Shown in pieces: positions 10,006-21,152 of a DNA stretch of 64,000 bases (positions are counted from its first letter, which is position 1; the number at the start of each line of letters is the position of its first letter). Location of the stretch: assembly GCF_028368995.1 (NCBI RefSeq), contig NZ_JAQNDL010000003.1, forward strand, positions 2,944,001-3,008,000, read 5' to 3'. Position numbers and translations under genes: made by a program. A model generated the notes under the pieces. It was not told where the DNA came from. It did not search any database and saw only the letters and a program-made list of their open reading frames with translations. The stretch is from Nannocystis bainbridge (lineage in GTDB: Bacteria; Myxococcota_A; Polyangia; Nannocystales; Nannocystaceae).

Positions 10006-11166
10006 TCAGCCCTGGGCGCGGGCCAGCTCGGCGTCGATCGCCTCCGACAGGCCGGCGACCGAGGGGTTGCCGTCGAAGTTCTGGCCGTTGATGTAGAAGC
10101 TCGGCGTGCCGCCGACCCCTGCCTCGCTGGCGATCTTCATGTCGGCCTCGACCAGCGGACCGACGCGGGTCAGGCACTCGTCGAGCTTGGCCTGGTCGAG
10201 CCCGACCTTGCCGGCCAGCTCCTTGAGCTTCTCGGTCGACAGCTCGCGCTGGGCCGCGAAGATCTCGTCGTGCAGCGGCCAGAACTTCTCCTGCTCGTGC
10301 GCGCACTGGGCGTACTCGGCGGCCGGGCGGGCGTTCGCGTGGAAGCTCAGCGGGAAGTGGCGGAACACGAACTGGACCGGCTTGCCCTCGTACTTGGTCT
10401 TCAGCTCCTTGAGCGTGTCGGCCGCGCGCGAGCAGTACGGGCACTCGAAGTCGGAGAACTCGACCACCTGGACCTTGGCCTCGGCGCTGCCGAGCCACGG
10501 CGAGTGGGTCGCGGCCAGCTCGAGCGCCGGCGGGCGCACGTCGGGCAGCCGCTTGTCGATCGAGGCCGTCGCGCGCAGCTCGCCGAGCATCGTGGTGAAC
10601 ACCTGCTCCGACTTCTCGGCGTTGATCGCCTGGATCACCTGGTCGCGGACCTGGTCGAGCGGCGGCGCGTCGGGCGACTTGCGGGCGCTGTAGAACGCCT
10701 CGATCTCGGCGTCGCTCGGGGTCGGCACCGCCGACTCCATGCGCCCTTGCACGTACTCGTTGATCGGCTTGCCCGCCTTTTCGGCCGCGGCGGTCAGCAC
10801 CTTCTGCTGCACGAAGTTCTCGAGCGCGGCGTCGCGCACCCGCGAGACCTCGCTGCAGTACTGCCGCAGCGCCTTGTTCTCGGCCTGGGCCAGCTGATCG
10901 CCGAGGTCTTCGAGCTTGACGTCGACGCCGTCGATGTGCGCGACCACCGAGCCGGGCGCCAGCTTGAGCGAGGCCTGCTCGCACAGCGACGAGCCCGGGG
11001 CGGTCGCGGCGCGCATCGCCGGCGGGCCCGAAGGCGCCTTCGTCGTGGAGGCCGTGGCGCCCGCCGCGGCGACCTGCGGCTTGTTGGCGGGCGGCTTGCC
11101 GCGCTCGGACAGACAACCAGCCGCGAACACGAGCGCCGCGGCACCGATCAGGGTGCGAACATGCAT
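10006..11166 (-). CDS. DsbA-like thioredoxin-domain lipoprotein
   Basis: FAAGC lipobox; EFSDFECPYC, FRHFPL, GVGGTPSFYING motifs. Confidence 0.9.
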   Translation of the reverse strand: MHVRTLIGAAALVFAAGCLSERGKPPANKPQVAAAGATASTTKAPSGPPAMRAATAPGSSLCEQASLKLAPGSVVAHIDGVDVKLEDLGDQLAQAENKALRQYCSEVSRVRDAALENFVQQKVLTAAAEKAGKPINEYVQGRMESAVPTPSDAEIEAFYSARKSPDAPPLDQVRDQVIQAINAEKSEQVFTTMLGELRATASIDKRLPDVRPPALELAATHSPWLGSAEAKVQVVEFSDFECPYCSRAADTLKELKTKYEGKPVQFVFRHFPLSFHANARPAAEYAQCAHEQEKFWPLHDEIFAAQRELSTEKLKELAGKVGLDQAKLDECLTRVGPLVEADMKIASEAGVGGTPSFYINGQNFDGNPSVAGLSEAIDAELARAQG

Positions 11167-11289
11167 GAGCGGCGCGAAGGATATCCGCGGCCGTCGTCCG
11201 CCGCCACCGCCGCGGACCGGGGTCAAACACACGTCCCGGCCGCCGCGCGGCGATTGCCGGGTCCGCTGCCTCCGGCGTAGGTTCGGCGC

Positions 11290-12804
<1,515 letters not shown>

Positions 12805-12821
12805 CCGAGAGGACCTGTCCC

Positions 12822-14165
12822 ATGAGCCATATCCTCTTCGTCGCGGTCCTCGCCCTCAAGTCGCCGGCCGCCCCGGCCGCGGTCACGCTCGTCAAGGGCG
12901 GCGACCTCCACGTCGGCGACGGCACCGTCGTCGAGGACGCCACCATCATCATCCGCGACGGTAAGTTCGCCGCCGTCGGCGGCCCCGAGCTCACGGCCCC
13001 GAGCAACTCTGGGGTCACGCTCGTCGACGCCCGTGGCAAGATCATCACCCCCGGCCTGGTCGCCAGCGACAACCAGCTCGGCCTCGTCGAGATCGACCTC
13101 GAGGGCAGCACCCACGACGACGCCCGCGGCGGCGACCACCCGGTGCGCGCCGCTTACGACGCCAGCCGGGCCTTCAACGCCGAGTCGAGCCTGATCCAGG
13201 TCCAGGCGATCGGCGGCGTCACCACGGCCGCGGTCGCGCCCGCGGGCGGCTTGCTCTCGGGACAGGTCGCGTGGGTCGACCTCGTGCACGGCGACCACCG
13301 CGGCGCGCTGAGCAAGGCCGGCGTGGCGATCGACGGCAACCTCGGCCACAGCTACGGGGGCTCGCGCGCGGCCGCGCTGGCCAAGCTGCACGAGGTCCTC
13401 ACCGACGCGCAGGTGTTCCGCGGCCGCAAGGACGCCTACGAGCGGGCCCAGACCCGGCCGTTCGCCGCCCACGCGCTCGACCTGCAGGCGCTGCAGCCGG
13501 CGCTCGCCGGACAGATCCCGCTGACGCTGTCCGCCGACCGCGCCAGCGACATCCTCGCCGCGCTCGACCTCGCCAAGGAGTACAAGCTGCGGCTCGTGAT
13601 CGTCGGCGGCTCCGAGGCGTGGAAGGTCGCGCCCGAGCTGGCCGCCGCCAAGGTGCCCGTGGTGCTGCAGCCGACGCGCAACCTCCCGGGCAGCTTCGAC
13701 ACCCTCGGCGCCCGCCTCGACACCGCCGCCCTGCTCGCCGCCGCCGGCGTGCCCGTCGTCATCGCCTGGCTCGACGACTCGCACAACCTCCGCAACATCA
13801 CCCAGGAGGCCGGCATCGCCGTCGCCAACGGCCTGCCCTGGGCCGCCGCCCTGCGCGCGATCACCCTCGAGCCGGCCCTCGCCTACGGCCAGGGCACCAC
13901 GCACGGCAGCGTCGCCGTCGGCAAGGTCGCCAACCTCGTCGTCTGGAGCGGCGACCCACTCGAGCTCAGCAGTCGGCCCACCGACGTGCTCGTCCGCGGC
14001 CGCGCGATCCCGATGGTCTCGCGCCAGACCCTCTTGCGCGACCGCTACCGCAGCCTCGACAAGTTCGGCGCCGCCGCGCCATCGACGAACTCGAACGCGC
14101 GCCCTCGCCCCGACACCGGCGCCGCCGCGACCACCGCGACCACCGCGGCACCACCGCAAAAGTGA
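12822..14165 (+). CDS. Amidohydrolase-like protein lacking the HxH metal motif
   Basis: Same fold motifs (DARGKIITPGL, GKVANLVVWSGDP); ASDNQ in place of DxHxH. Confidence 0.85.
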   Translation: MSHILFVAVLALKSPAAPAAVTLVKGGDLHVGDGTVVEDATIIIRDGKFAAVGGPELTAPSNSGVTLVDARGKIITPGLVASDNQLGLVEIDLEGSTHDDARGGDHPVRAAYDASRAFNAESSLIQVQAIGGVTTAAVAPAGGLLSGQVAWVDLVHGDHRGALSKAGVAIDGNLGHSYGGSRAAALAKLHEVLTDAQVFRGRKDAYERAQTRPFAAHALDLQALQPALAGQIPLTLSADRASDILAALDLAKEYKLRLVIVGGSEAWKVAPELAAAKVPVVLQPTRNLPGSFDTLGARLDTAALLAAAGVPVVIAWLDDSHNLRNITQEAGIAVANGLPWAAALRAITLEPALAYGQGTTHGSVAVGKVANLVVWSGDPLELSSRPTDVLVRGRAIPMVSRQTLLRDRYRSLDKFGAAAPSTNSNARPRPDTGAAATTATTAAPPQK

Positions 14166-14203
14166 CGCCCCCGCCCGCCTCGCGGTATAGATCGAGGGTC
14201 CCC

Positions 14204-14584
14204 ATGACGAGTCATCATAGAAGCCCCCACCAGCTCGAGCACGGCCCGATCTTCTCGTGGCACCGCGACCACAACGGCTTCATCTTCACCTCGGGGCACG
14301 CCGCCGTCGACGTCGAGTCCCTCGGCATCACCCCCGGGGACCTCGTCGCCGAGACCCACGCGACCCTCAACAACCTCCGCCGCACCCTCGAGAAGGCCGG
14401 CTCGAGCCTCGAGAAGGTGCTGAAGATCACCGCCTACATCACCGACATGGGCCAGTTCGCCGCCTTTAATAAGGCCTACGCCCATTTCTTCCCCGGCCCG
14501 AAGATCCCCGCCCGCACCTGCATCGAGGTGTCGCGCCTGCCCTTCAACTTCAAGGTCGAGATCGAAGCCGTCGCGCACCTGTGA
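14204..14584 (+). CDS. RidA (YjgF/YER057c/UK114) family protein
   Basis: FTSG, DMGQFAAFNKAY, PARTCIEV..LP...KVEIEAVA motifs. Confidence 0.9.
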   Translation: MTSHHRSPHQLEHGPIFSWHRDHNGFIFTSGHAAVDVESLGITPGDLVAETHATLNNLRRTLEKAGSSLEKVLKITAYITDMGQFAAFNKAYAHFFPGPKIPARTCIEVSRLPFNFKVEIEAVAHL

Positions 14585-14587
14585 GCC

Positions 14588-15082
14588 CTAATCCGACGCC
14601 TCGTCCTCGAAAGCAAATCGACCTTGTTTGTCGAGGAAATCCTTCGGGTGCCGAACGGCGACCGCGAGATCACGTAGTAAGGCTACGTGATCGCCATCGA
14701 TCGCCACCATCGTGCTCGCGTTGCAGCGGAGCGCGCAGGCGGCGATCATCGCGTCATACTTGAGGTAAGTATGACTGAGGCCCGTGCTCGTCTTGACGGC
14801 GTGCAATTTTGCCATCGGCATGCGTAAGCCGAGAATCGTCGCTGCCCGCTCGTCGAACGCAACGACGGTGATCCCCTTCACATGAGGAATCGGTTGCCCC
14901 CTCTGGCGCATCAACTCGGCGATCGTCGGTGCAGCCACAAAGAGCTCACGACCCGTACTGCACATCGCCTGACAAAACTTGACACATTCGCGAGAGACGG
15001 GTTCCTCGGGTCGTTCACCGAGGAATCGCATAAAGACTCCGGTATCGACCATGGCAGTCGAAGGCAGTGCCAAATCACCCAT
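14588..15082 (-). CDS. PIN-domain (VapC-like) protein
   Basis: VDTGVF, TIAEL, YDAMIAACA, AIDGD acidic PIN motifs; lower GC than flanks. Confidence 0.8.
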   Translation of the reverse strand: MGDLALPSTAMVDTGVFMRFLGERPEEPVSRECVKFCQAMCSTGRELFVAAPTIAELMRQRGQPIPHVKGITVVAFDERAATILGLRMPMAKLHAVKTSTGLSHTYLKYDAMIAACALRCNASTMVAIDGDHVALLRDLAVAVRHPKDFLDKQGRFAFEDEASD

Positions 15083-15821
15083 CGAGCCGTCCCTTCTCGG
15101 GGTCGTTCACAGCGCGGTACCAGTCGCGCCATACGCGTTGCGGATCCACGTCTTCGTCGAGCGGTTCAAAGTTCATGAGTCTACCCGTTGCGATCGTACC
15201 GTCGAGGTCACGTGAGACCTTCGCTTCGATTTCGATCTCGCGGTACAGGTAAGGCCCTAATTTGCGGGCGGTCGTCTGATCCGTCTGCAGAGAAAAGTCT
15301 TCCTCTAACCGACTTTCAAACCGGATAATAGGTTGCTTGCCACCTATCCGTATCGGCCGCGCGCGGATGGAGAGCAAGGAATCGAGGGGAGGAGCTACAT
15401 CTTGTTCGATCGCCTTGAGGGGTCTGCTCCATGTCGCGATCTGGACTCGCGCAACTTCCCCTGGAGCGAGACGTCGCATGGCGTTCCGCGCCCGGTCCAC
15501 GCGCTCCTTTGTCCCGCGCGGTAGCTCTTCTGAACCACCGATCTGCCGACGCGAAAGCTCAGCCATCTCGCGCGCGAACCGGAGGTCGCTCGGTTTGGCT
15601 GCAATCGCCACGCACTTGTTGAACACTTCAAGCCCGACGAGATCGAGAGACTTCTCCTGCATCTCCGCATTGGCTTCGACGAGTGCGAAGAACGCAGCCG
15701 CGAGTTCGAGAAGCGTCGCGGTCTTCACGGTACTGGGCTCGAGACCAGGCCCATCCAGCTCAAGCAGCAACCGGTCGGGTGGGACGACGCTCGGCGCGTC
15801 CTCTCGGCTGCGGCGCGACAT
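15075..15821 (-). CDS. Hypothetical protein, coupled partner of the PIN gene
   Basis: 248-aa ORF overlapping the PIN gene start by 8 bp; atypical codon usage. Confidence 0.75.
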   Translation of the reverse strand: MSRRSREDAPSVVPPDRLLLELDGPGLEPSTVKTATLLELAAAFFALVEANAEMQEKSLDLVGLEVFNKCVAIAAKPSDLRFAREMAELSRRQIGGSEELPRGTKERVDRARNAMRRLAPGEVARVQIATWSRPLKAIEQDVAPPLDSLLSIRARPIRIGGKQPIIRFESRLEEDFSLQTDQTTARKLGPYLYREIEIEAKVSRDLDGTIATGRLMNFEPLDEDVDPQRVWRDWYRAVNDPEKGRLDG

Positions 15822-16393
15822 AAATCCATCCTATCACTTGCGATCCATCACGCCAAGTCGCCGTCCGTGATCCTGCGCATGGATCTTGTTCGGTCTGGAA
15901 TCTTCCTTCGCATTCGAAGGCGCGCCTGCCCTCAAGGTCGAGCTCGAAGCTGTGGTTCATCTCTGAACAGCTTCGAGGCGAAGGCTGCCGTCTCGAAGCT
16001 ACGGCTTGTCGCGCGCCCGACATCGTCACCCCATCCTGTCGACTGCCTCACTTTCGGTGACCTCGTCCCGCGCGTCCTCGACAGCGAGCTCGAAAACATC
16101 AAGGGCCAGTTCTCTGATGACACGGAGGCCGACCGACTCGGCCTCGAGGACCGCCACGAACTCTATTTCAAGACCGTCTCGGGCAGGAGACGCGCTCCTG
16201 GTCCTTGTGGACCTATGAGCCCGAGCCGGAACGATTGTCACTCGATTCGAGTTCAGCTCTCTCGACGACCCCTCGAAGCCGTCGGGCTCACGATAGCGTC
16301 GAGCCTGCCGGCATCCGGCTTTGGGCGCTCCAACCCGGATTTGCGACATCAGCGTCATTGCCTCGATTTTCGGTCGTGATAGCTTGCCTCCGC

Positions 16394-17272
16394 ATGCGGA
16401 CATTTTGCGCGTATTCGTTCTCAGTCTTCGCTTTTTTGTCGGTCGCCTGTAGCGACTCCGAGAGCCCGCTGACCGCCGGACCGATGGCGGGTCAAAACAC
16501 AGGCCCCTGTATTCAGGGCCAGTGCCTCCCGGGGCTCATGTGCTTCGCCGGCGCCTGCGAGCCCGCCGGCGGCAACAGCCAGGGCCACAGCAGTCAGCCG
16601 CCCGGCGACGACACCTCGAGCAGCGGCGGCACCGACCCCACCGAGGGCGCCACCGGCAGCGCCACGAAAGCGACCGCGGACAGCATCGACCCCGGCACCA
16701 CCGGCGACGAGCCCTCGAGCACGACCAGCGTCACCACCACCGGCGTCGACGAGACCACCGACCGGCCCTCCACCTCCGACTGGCCGAGCAGCGACTCCGA
16801 CACCGAGAGCGACTCGGGCAGCTTCATCACCTCGGACACCAGCGACGACAGCGGCAGCTTCATCGAGCCGCCCGAGGACGCCTGCGACGGATGCGGCGCC
16901 AACCAGGTGTGCATCGTCGTCGACGACATCCCGCAATGCACCGCCAAGTGCGACCCGCTGATCAAGGCCTTCTGCGGCGCCGACAACGTGTGCGTGCCGG
17001 TGGAGGACCAGTTCGCCTGCGCCCCGGACGCCTCCGGCAACACCGGCAAGGTCGGCGACGGCTGCATCTACGGCAACGGCTGCGACCCGGGCAACATCTG
17101 CCTCTCCGGCCCGTACGTGGCCGGCTGCAACGGTCAGGCCTGCTGCTCGCCCTTCTGCGACACCGACCTCGCCGACCCGTGCGTGCAGTACCAGATGCAG
17201 TGCGTCGCCTGGTACGAGATGGGCCTGGCCCCGGCGGGCCTCGAGGACGTCGGGGTCTGCATCATCCCGTAG
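16394..17272 (+). CDS. Ser/Thr-rich, Cys-rich lipoprotein
   Basis: LSVAC lipobox; C-terminal CDPL...CCSPFCD...VGVC Cys-rich domain. Confidence 0.85.
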   Translation: MRTFCAYSFSVFAFLSVACSDSESPLTAGPMAGQNTGPCIQGQCLPGLMCFAGACEPAGGNSQGHSSQPPGDDTSSSGGTDPTEGATGSATKATADSIDPGTTGDEPSSTTSVTTTGVDETTDRPSTSDWPSSDSDTESDSGSFITSDTSDDSGSFIEPPEDACDGCGANQVCIVVDDIPQCTAKCDPLIKAFCGADNVCVPVEDQFACAPDASGNTGKVGDGCIYGNGCDPGNICLSGPYVAGCNGQACCSPFCDTDLADPCVQYQMQCVAWYEMGLAPAGLEDVGVCIIP

Positions 17273-17416
17273 CGACGCGCTTCGCGGCAGGCCGTCCGAT
17301 GGACGCCCGCCGCCCTTGAAAGCATCGACGCGCACTTCGAGAACAAGGGCAGCCTGCCAGCGCAGCCGCGATCGCCGGATCGCAGCTGCACTTCGCCCTC
17401 TTCGCCCTGCACTTAT

Positions 17417-17468
17417 GCGAATGTCCCGAGGGACATGTTACGAGGGACATGCCCTTTCAGGCATGTCC
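17417..17468. repeat. 14-bp-phased palindrome array (4 units)
   Basis: Cores at 17420, 17434, 17448, 17462; convergent junction. Confidence 0.85.
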
Positions 17469-17476
17469 CTCGGGAC

Positions 17477-18391
17477 TCATGCGTGCGCGAACTTCGGCTC
17501 GTCGACCAGCGGGATGAACTCGAGCTCGTCGCCGGGCACCCGGGCGAAGCGCTGCTCCTTCCATTCCTGGGCCGCCTGCTTGATGCGGTCCTGCGAGCTC
17601 GACACGAAGTTCCACCAGATGTAGCGCGGCTCCTCGAGCGGCTCGCCGCCGATCAGCGCCACCCGCGTCGGCACCGTCGCTGTCAGCGGCTCCACCGCCC
17701 CGCGCCTCAGCACCGCCATCGTCCGCGGCGGCACGATCCTGTCGCCGCTGCGCAGCTCGCCCTCGACCACGTACACCGCCCGCTCGGTCGCCGGCGGCAG
17801 CTCGAACTTCGCCCCCGGCTCGAGCAGCGCCTCGACGTAGACCAGCGGCGACGCGATCGGCGTCGGCGCGGTGACTCCGTAGGCCGAGCCAGCCAGCACG
17901 CGCAGGCGCACGCCGGGGCTCGAGAGCTCGGGGATCGTCTCGGCCGGGTGGTGCGAGAACGCCGGCTCCGACTCCTCGGCCGCGCGCGGCAGCGCGACCC
18001 ACAGCTGCAGCCCGTGCAGCCTCGGCCCCTGCGCGCGCGACTCCGCGGGCGTGCGCTCCGAATGCACGATCCCCCGACCGGCTGTCATCCAGTTGACCGC
18101 GCCAGGCCGGATCGCCTGCAGCGAGCCCACGCTGTCGCGGTGGAGGATCTCGCCGTCGAACAGGTAGGTCACCGTCGCCAGGCCGATGTGCGGGTGCGGC
18201 CGCACGTCCATCCCCAGGCCCGCCTCGAGGTGCGCCGGTCCCATGTGATCGAAGAACGCGAACGGGCCGACCATGCGCCGCGCCGGCGCCGGCAGCACGC
18301 GACCGACCTCGAACGCGTCGAGCTGCCGGGTGCGCGCCGCGATCTCGAGCTCGATCGCCGTGTCCGTGGATTCGTCTGCTTGCATGGTCAC
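17477..18391 (-). CDS. Pirin family protein
   Basis: GPFAFFDHMGP, HPHIGLATVTY, WMTAGRGIVHSE motifs. Confidence 0.95.
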   Translation of the reverse strand: MTMQADESTDTAIELEIAARTRQLDAFEVGRVLPAPARRMVGPFAFFDHMGPAHLEAGLGMDVRPHPHIGLATVTYLFDGEILHRDSVGSLQAIRPGAVNWMTAGRGIVHSERTPAESRAQGPRLHGLQLWVALPRAAEESEPAFSHHPAETIPELSSPGVRLRVLAGSAYGVTAPTPIASPLVYVEALLEPGAKFELPPATERAVYVVEGELRSGDRIVPPRTMAVLRRGAVEPLTATVPTRVALIGGEPLEEPRYIWWNFVSSSQDRIKQAAQEWKEQRFARVPGDELEFIPLVDEPKFAHA

Positions 18392-18409
18392 ACTCCCGTG
18401 GCCCGAAGG

Positions 18410-18808
18410 TCAGGCCAGCGATTGACGGATCTCCACCGTCGCCGTCGTCATCAACTTGTGGATCGGGCACCGCAGCACGGTCTCGTGCAGCTTGTGCTTG
18501 TCGGCGTCGCTGAGCGCGCCCTCGAAGCCGAGCTTGACGTTCAGCACGTAGGTGCCCTGGCGCTCCTGCGAGTCGTCACGCTCGACCTCGACCGTGACGC
18601 GCTCGAGCGCGATGCCCCGCGACTTGGCGTAGACGCAGGCGGTCAGGGCCTTGCAAGTCGCCAGCGAGGCGTCGAAAAGGTCGTGCGGGCCAGGGGCCGA
18701 GGCCGCGCCGCCGAGCGCGCCGCTCACGTCGGCGTGCAGCGTGTGCGCGTCGATCGACACGACCTGGCGGAATTGCGGGGGGCTCTCGTTCGTCGAGCGG
18801 ATCGTCAT
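18410..18808 (-). CDS. OsmC family protein
   Basis: PGPHDLFDASLATC ... RCPIHKLM conserved Cys pair. Confidence 0.9.
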   Translation of the reverse strand: MTIRSTNESPPQFRQVVSIDAHTLHADVSGALGGAASAPGPHDLFDASLATCKALTACVYAKSRGIALERVTVEVERDDSQERQGTYVLNVKLGFEGALSDADKHKLHETVLRCPIHKLMTTATVEIRQSLA

Positions 18809-18813
18809 GGGTC

Positions 18814-19362
18814 TCACTTCTGTTTTACCAGAGAGACCTCGATGTTGATCGTGACCTCGTCGCCGACCATCGCCCCGCCGAGCTCGAGCAGGGCGTTCCA
18901 TGTGATGCCGAACTCGGAGCGGCGAATCTTGGTCTTGGCCGACGCGCCGATGCGGGTGTTGCCCCACGGGTCGGCGGTCTCGCCGGTGACGTCCTCGACC
19001 TTGAGCACGACCTCACGCGTCTGGTCGCGGATCGTCAGGTCGCCGACCAAATCGTAGCCGTCGTCCGTGCGGGTCACGCGCTTGGAGGCGAAGGTCATGG
19101 TGGGGAACTTGTCGGCGTCGAAGAAATCGGCGCTGCGCAGGTGGGCGTCGCGCTGCTCCTCGCGGGTGTGGATCGAGCCGATCTCGACGGTGGCGGTGAC
19201 GCGAGCAGCAGACGGATCCTGCGAGTCGAGCACCACTTCGCCGGCGAACTTCTTGAACTCACCGCGGACGTTGGTAATCATCATGTGGCGGACGCTGAAG
19301 CCGACGCTCGAGTGCGAGGGGTCGATGTTCCAGCGGGTGGCGGTGTTCGAGGCAGTCGTCAT
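18814..19362 (-). CDS. yceI: YceI family protein
   Basis: WNIDPSHSSVGFSVRHMM, RDAHLRSADFFD motifs. Confidence 0.93.
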   Translation of the reverse strand: MTTASNTATRWNIDPSHSSVGFSVRHMMITNVRGEFKKFAGEVVLDSQDPSAARVTATVEIGSIHTREEQRDAHLRSADFFDADKFPTMTFASKRVTRTDDGYDLVGDLTIRDQTREVVLKVEDVTGETADPWGNTRIGASAKTKIRRSEFGITWNALLELGGAMVGDEVTINIEVSLVKQK

Positions 19363-19415
19363 GGATCCCAGGGTGAGCCCCGCCCGCGCCGACCACTAGC
19401 CCTCGCGCGGCGAAC

Positions 19416-19442
19416 CGATTGTTGCTCTCGGGCGAACAATCG
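19416..19442. promoter_or_regulatory. LysR-type operator (CGATTGTT-N11-AACAATCG) upstream of yceI-osmC-pirin
   Basis: Perfect 8-bp inverted repeat around a T-N11-A core, about 55 bp upstream of the yceI start. Confidence 0.6.
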
Positions 19443-19626
19443 CGCGGCGCTGTCCTGACGCGGCGGTCGCTTCGCTAGCGCCCGCGATCGTGCTTCGCGT
19501 CGTGGTGAGGCTGCCGGGCCATCGGCGCAGTGCTTACTTTCGTGCTCCGGGCGGTGAGCCTGCGGGGCGACCGGACCGCGACGGGCCTGCTGTCCTGCTT
19601 CGCGAATTGCCGACTGCGCCTCGCGG

Positions 19627-19728
19627 GGGGCCCGGGGAAGGGTCGGTCGCGAGTTCAGCGTCTGCATGCGCGCTCGTGCCTCGCGCTCATGCTGCCTCGT
19701 ATTCGCGACCGACCCTTCCCCGGACCCC
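19627..19728. repeat. Long intergenic inverted repeat (21-bp perfect arms)
   Basis: ccggggaagggtcggtcgcga at 19632-19652 and its exact reverse complement at 19703-19723. Confidence 0.85.
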
Positions 19729-20051
19729 TGGCACGGCTGCAGCCGTGAGGGGCCGACCCGCCGTCGTGGGCTCCGCTGGCGGATGTCCTCCGGGACAGGT
19801 TCATGAGCGGGCGTCGGACGGCCAGGGCTGGCCGCCCGACACCCGCCGTCTCGCGTCATTCACGGCGTGTCCTTCTGGCGGCTCGTCGTCACGCTCGAGC
19901 GCCCCGTAACGCCGGCAGGATCCCGACACCTGCCGCCTCGCTTCCTCGGGCGACGTCTCACGACGAACGACAGCACGGCCGCGATGCGCATCATCGCGGG
20001 AGTCCAGGGACCGCAGGCTCGCACATCAGGTCGTGGCTTTTATTGGGATGT

Positions 20052-20495
20052 TCACGACGGGGGCGGCGGGCAAGTCGGTGCTGCATCGCCGCAACGCGCC
20101 TCGAGCATCCCCGCGTCGACGATGTCGAGGACCTCGCACGGCGGCGACGGCGGCCGGTCTTTCCTCTCACAATGCACCCACTGCCCCATCCGGACGCGTC
20201 CCGTCTCGGCGGGCGTGATGTACACGATGGTCTGCCCCTCCTCCTGCCGCGAGGCGATCGCCCGCACGCAATCGATCGGCAACGAGTCGCACGCGTCGCG
20301 CCCCATCGCCGTCACCACCGACGCCGCGGCTACAGGGACCACCGGCGCCGCGACCTCATGCACCGCCGGGACCGCGCTAGCGGGCTCTGCCTCGTGCCCC
20401 GCGGCAGCTCTCTCGACCGGAGCCCCTGTACACGCAGCCACCATGATGATGATCACCGCAGCCCACATCCCTCGCATCGACCGGTCGTGATTCAT
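20052..20495 (-). CDS. Small hypothetical lipoprotein
   Basis: MRGMWAAVIIIMVAAC lipobox; Cys-containing C-terminus. Confidence 0.55.
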   Translation of the reverse strand: MNHDRSMRGMWAAVIIIMVAACTGAPVERAAAGHEAEPASAVPAVHEVAAPVVPVAAASVVTAMGRDACDSLPIDCVRAIASRQEEGQTIVYITPAETGRVRMGQWVHCERKDRPPSPPCEVLDIVDAGMLEARCGDAAPTCPPPPS

Positions 20496-20625
20496 CGCGG
20501 CTCCCCTCGCGAGCGGGACGGTAGCATCGGCATCGCTCCTGGGCAGACCCAACGCCGGTGCACCTGCGGCTTCATCCCGCGTCTTTCGAATTCAGTGCTC
20601 GCGCTCGCCATCCGCCAGCGCGTGC

Positions 20626-20860
20626 TTACAACCTTCGTCCGCTCACCATCGCCAGCGCGGGGCCTCGACCATCGTCTGCTCGGCGTCCAACCAGCGCAGG
20701 ACCACGACCTCCGTCCGCTCGTCGTCCCGCCCATGGGGATCACGACCTCCGTCCGCTCGTCGTCTCCCGCCCTTGGGGATCACGACCATCGCCCGCTCGT
20801 CATCCCGCCCGTGGCGACCACGACCATCGCCCGCGCGTCATCCCACCAGAGCGGGGCCAC
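20626..20860. repeat. Degenerate 38-40-bp intergenic tandem repeat (about 6 units)
   Basis: Units like acgacctccgtccgctcgtcgtcccgcccatggggatc. Confidence 0.8.
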
Positions 20861-21152
20861 CACGCTCTCCGCAGGCGGACGGGAGGCGGCGCAGTGGGAC
20901 GCAGCCGGGGGCCCCATGCCTCGCGCGGAGACGCCGCGCCGATCTTCGGACTCGCCGATGTTCCCCTCGGCGTCGAGCACGTGGCATGGCAGGTCCGGCG
21001 TCGCGACGGGACCCGCTGCGCCGCCTCCCGTCCGCCCCACGACGATCGCCGAGGCCCCGCCCCTCGAAGACAAGACGATCGCCTCGAAGAGCCCGAGACG
21101 ATCGCCAGAGAAAATCGCCTCGAGGAGCAGCCCCCTCGAGGCAATCGCCCGC

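Noticed and set aside
15867-16379. 170-aa ORF upstream of the PIN islet
   Set aside because: No recognisable motifs and weak codon bias; at most a gene remnant.
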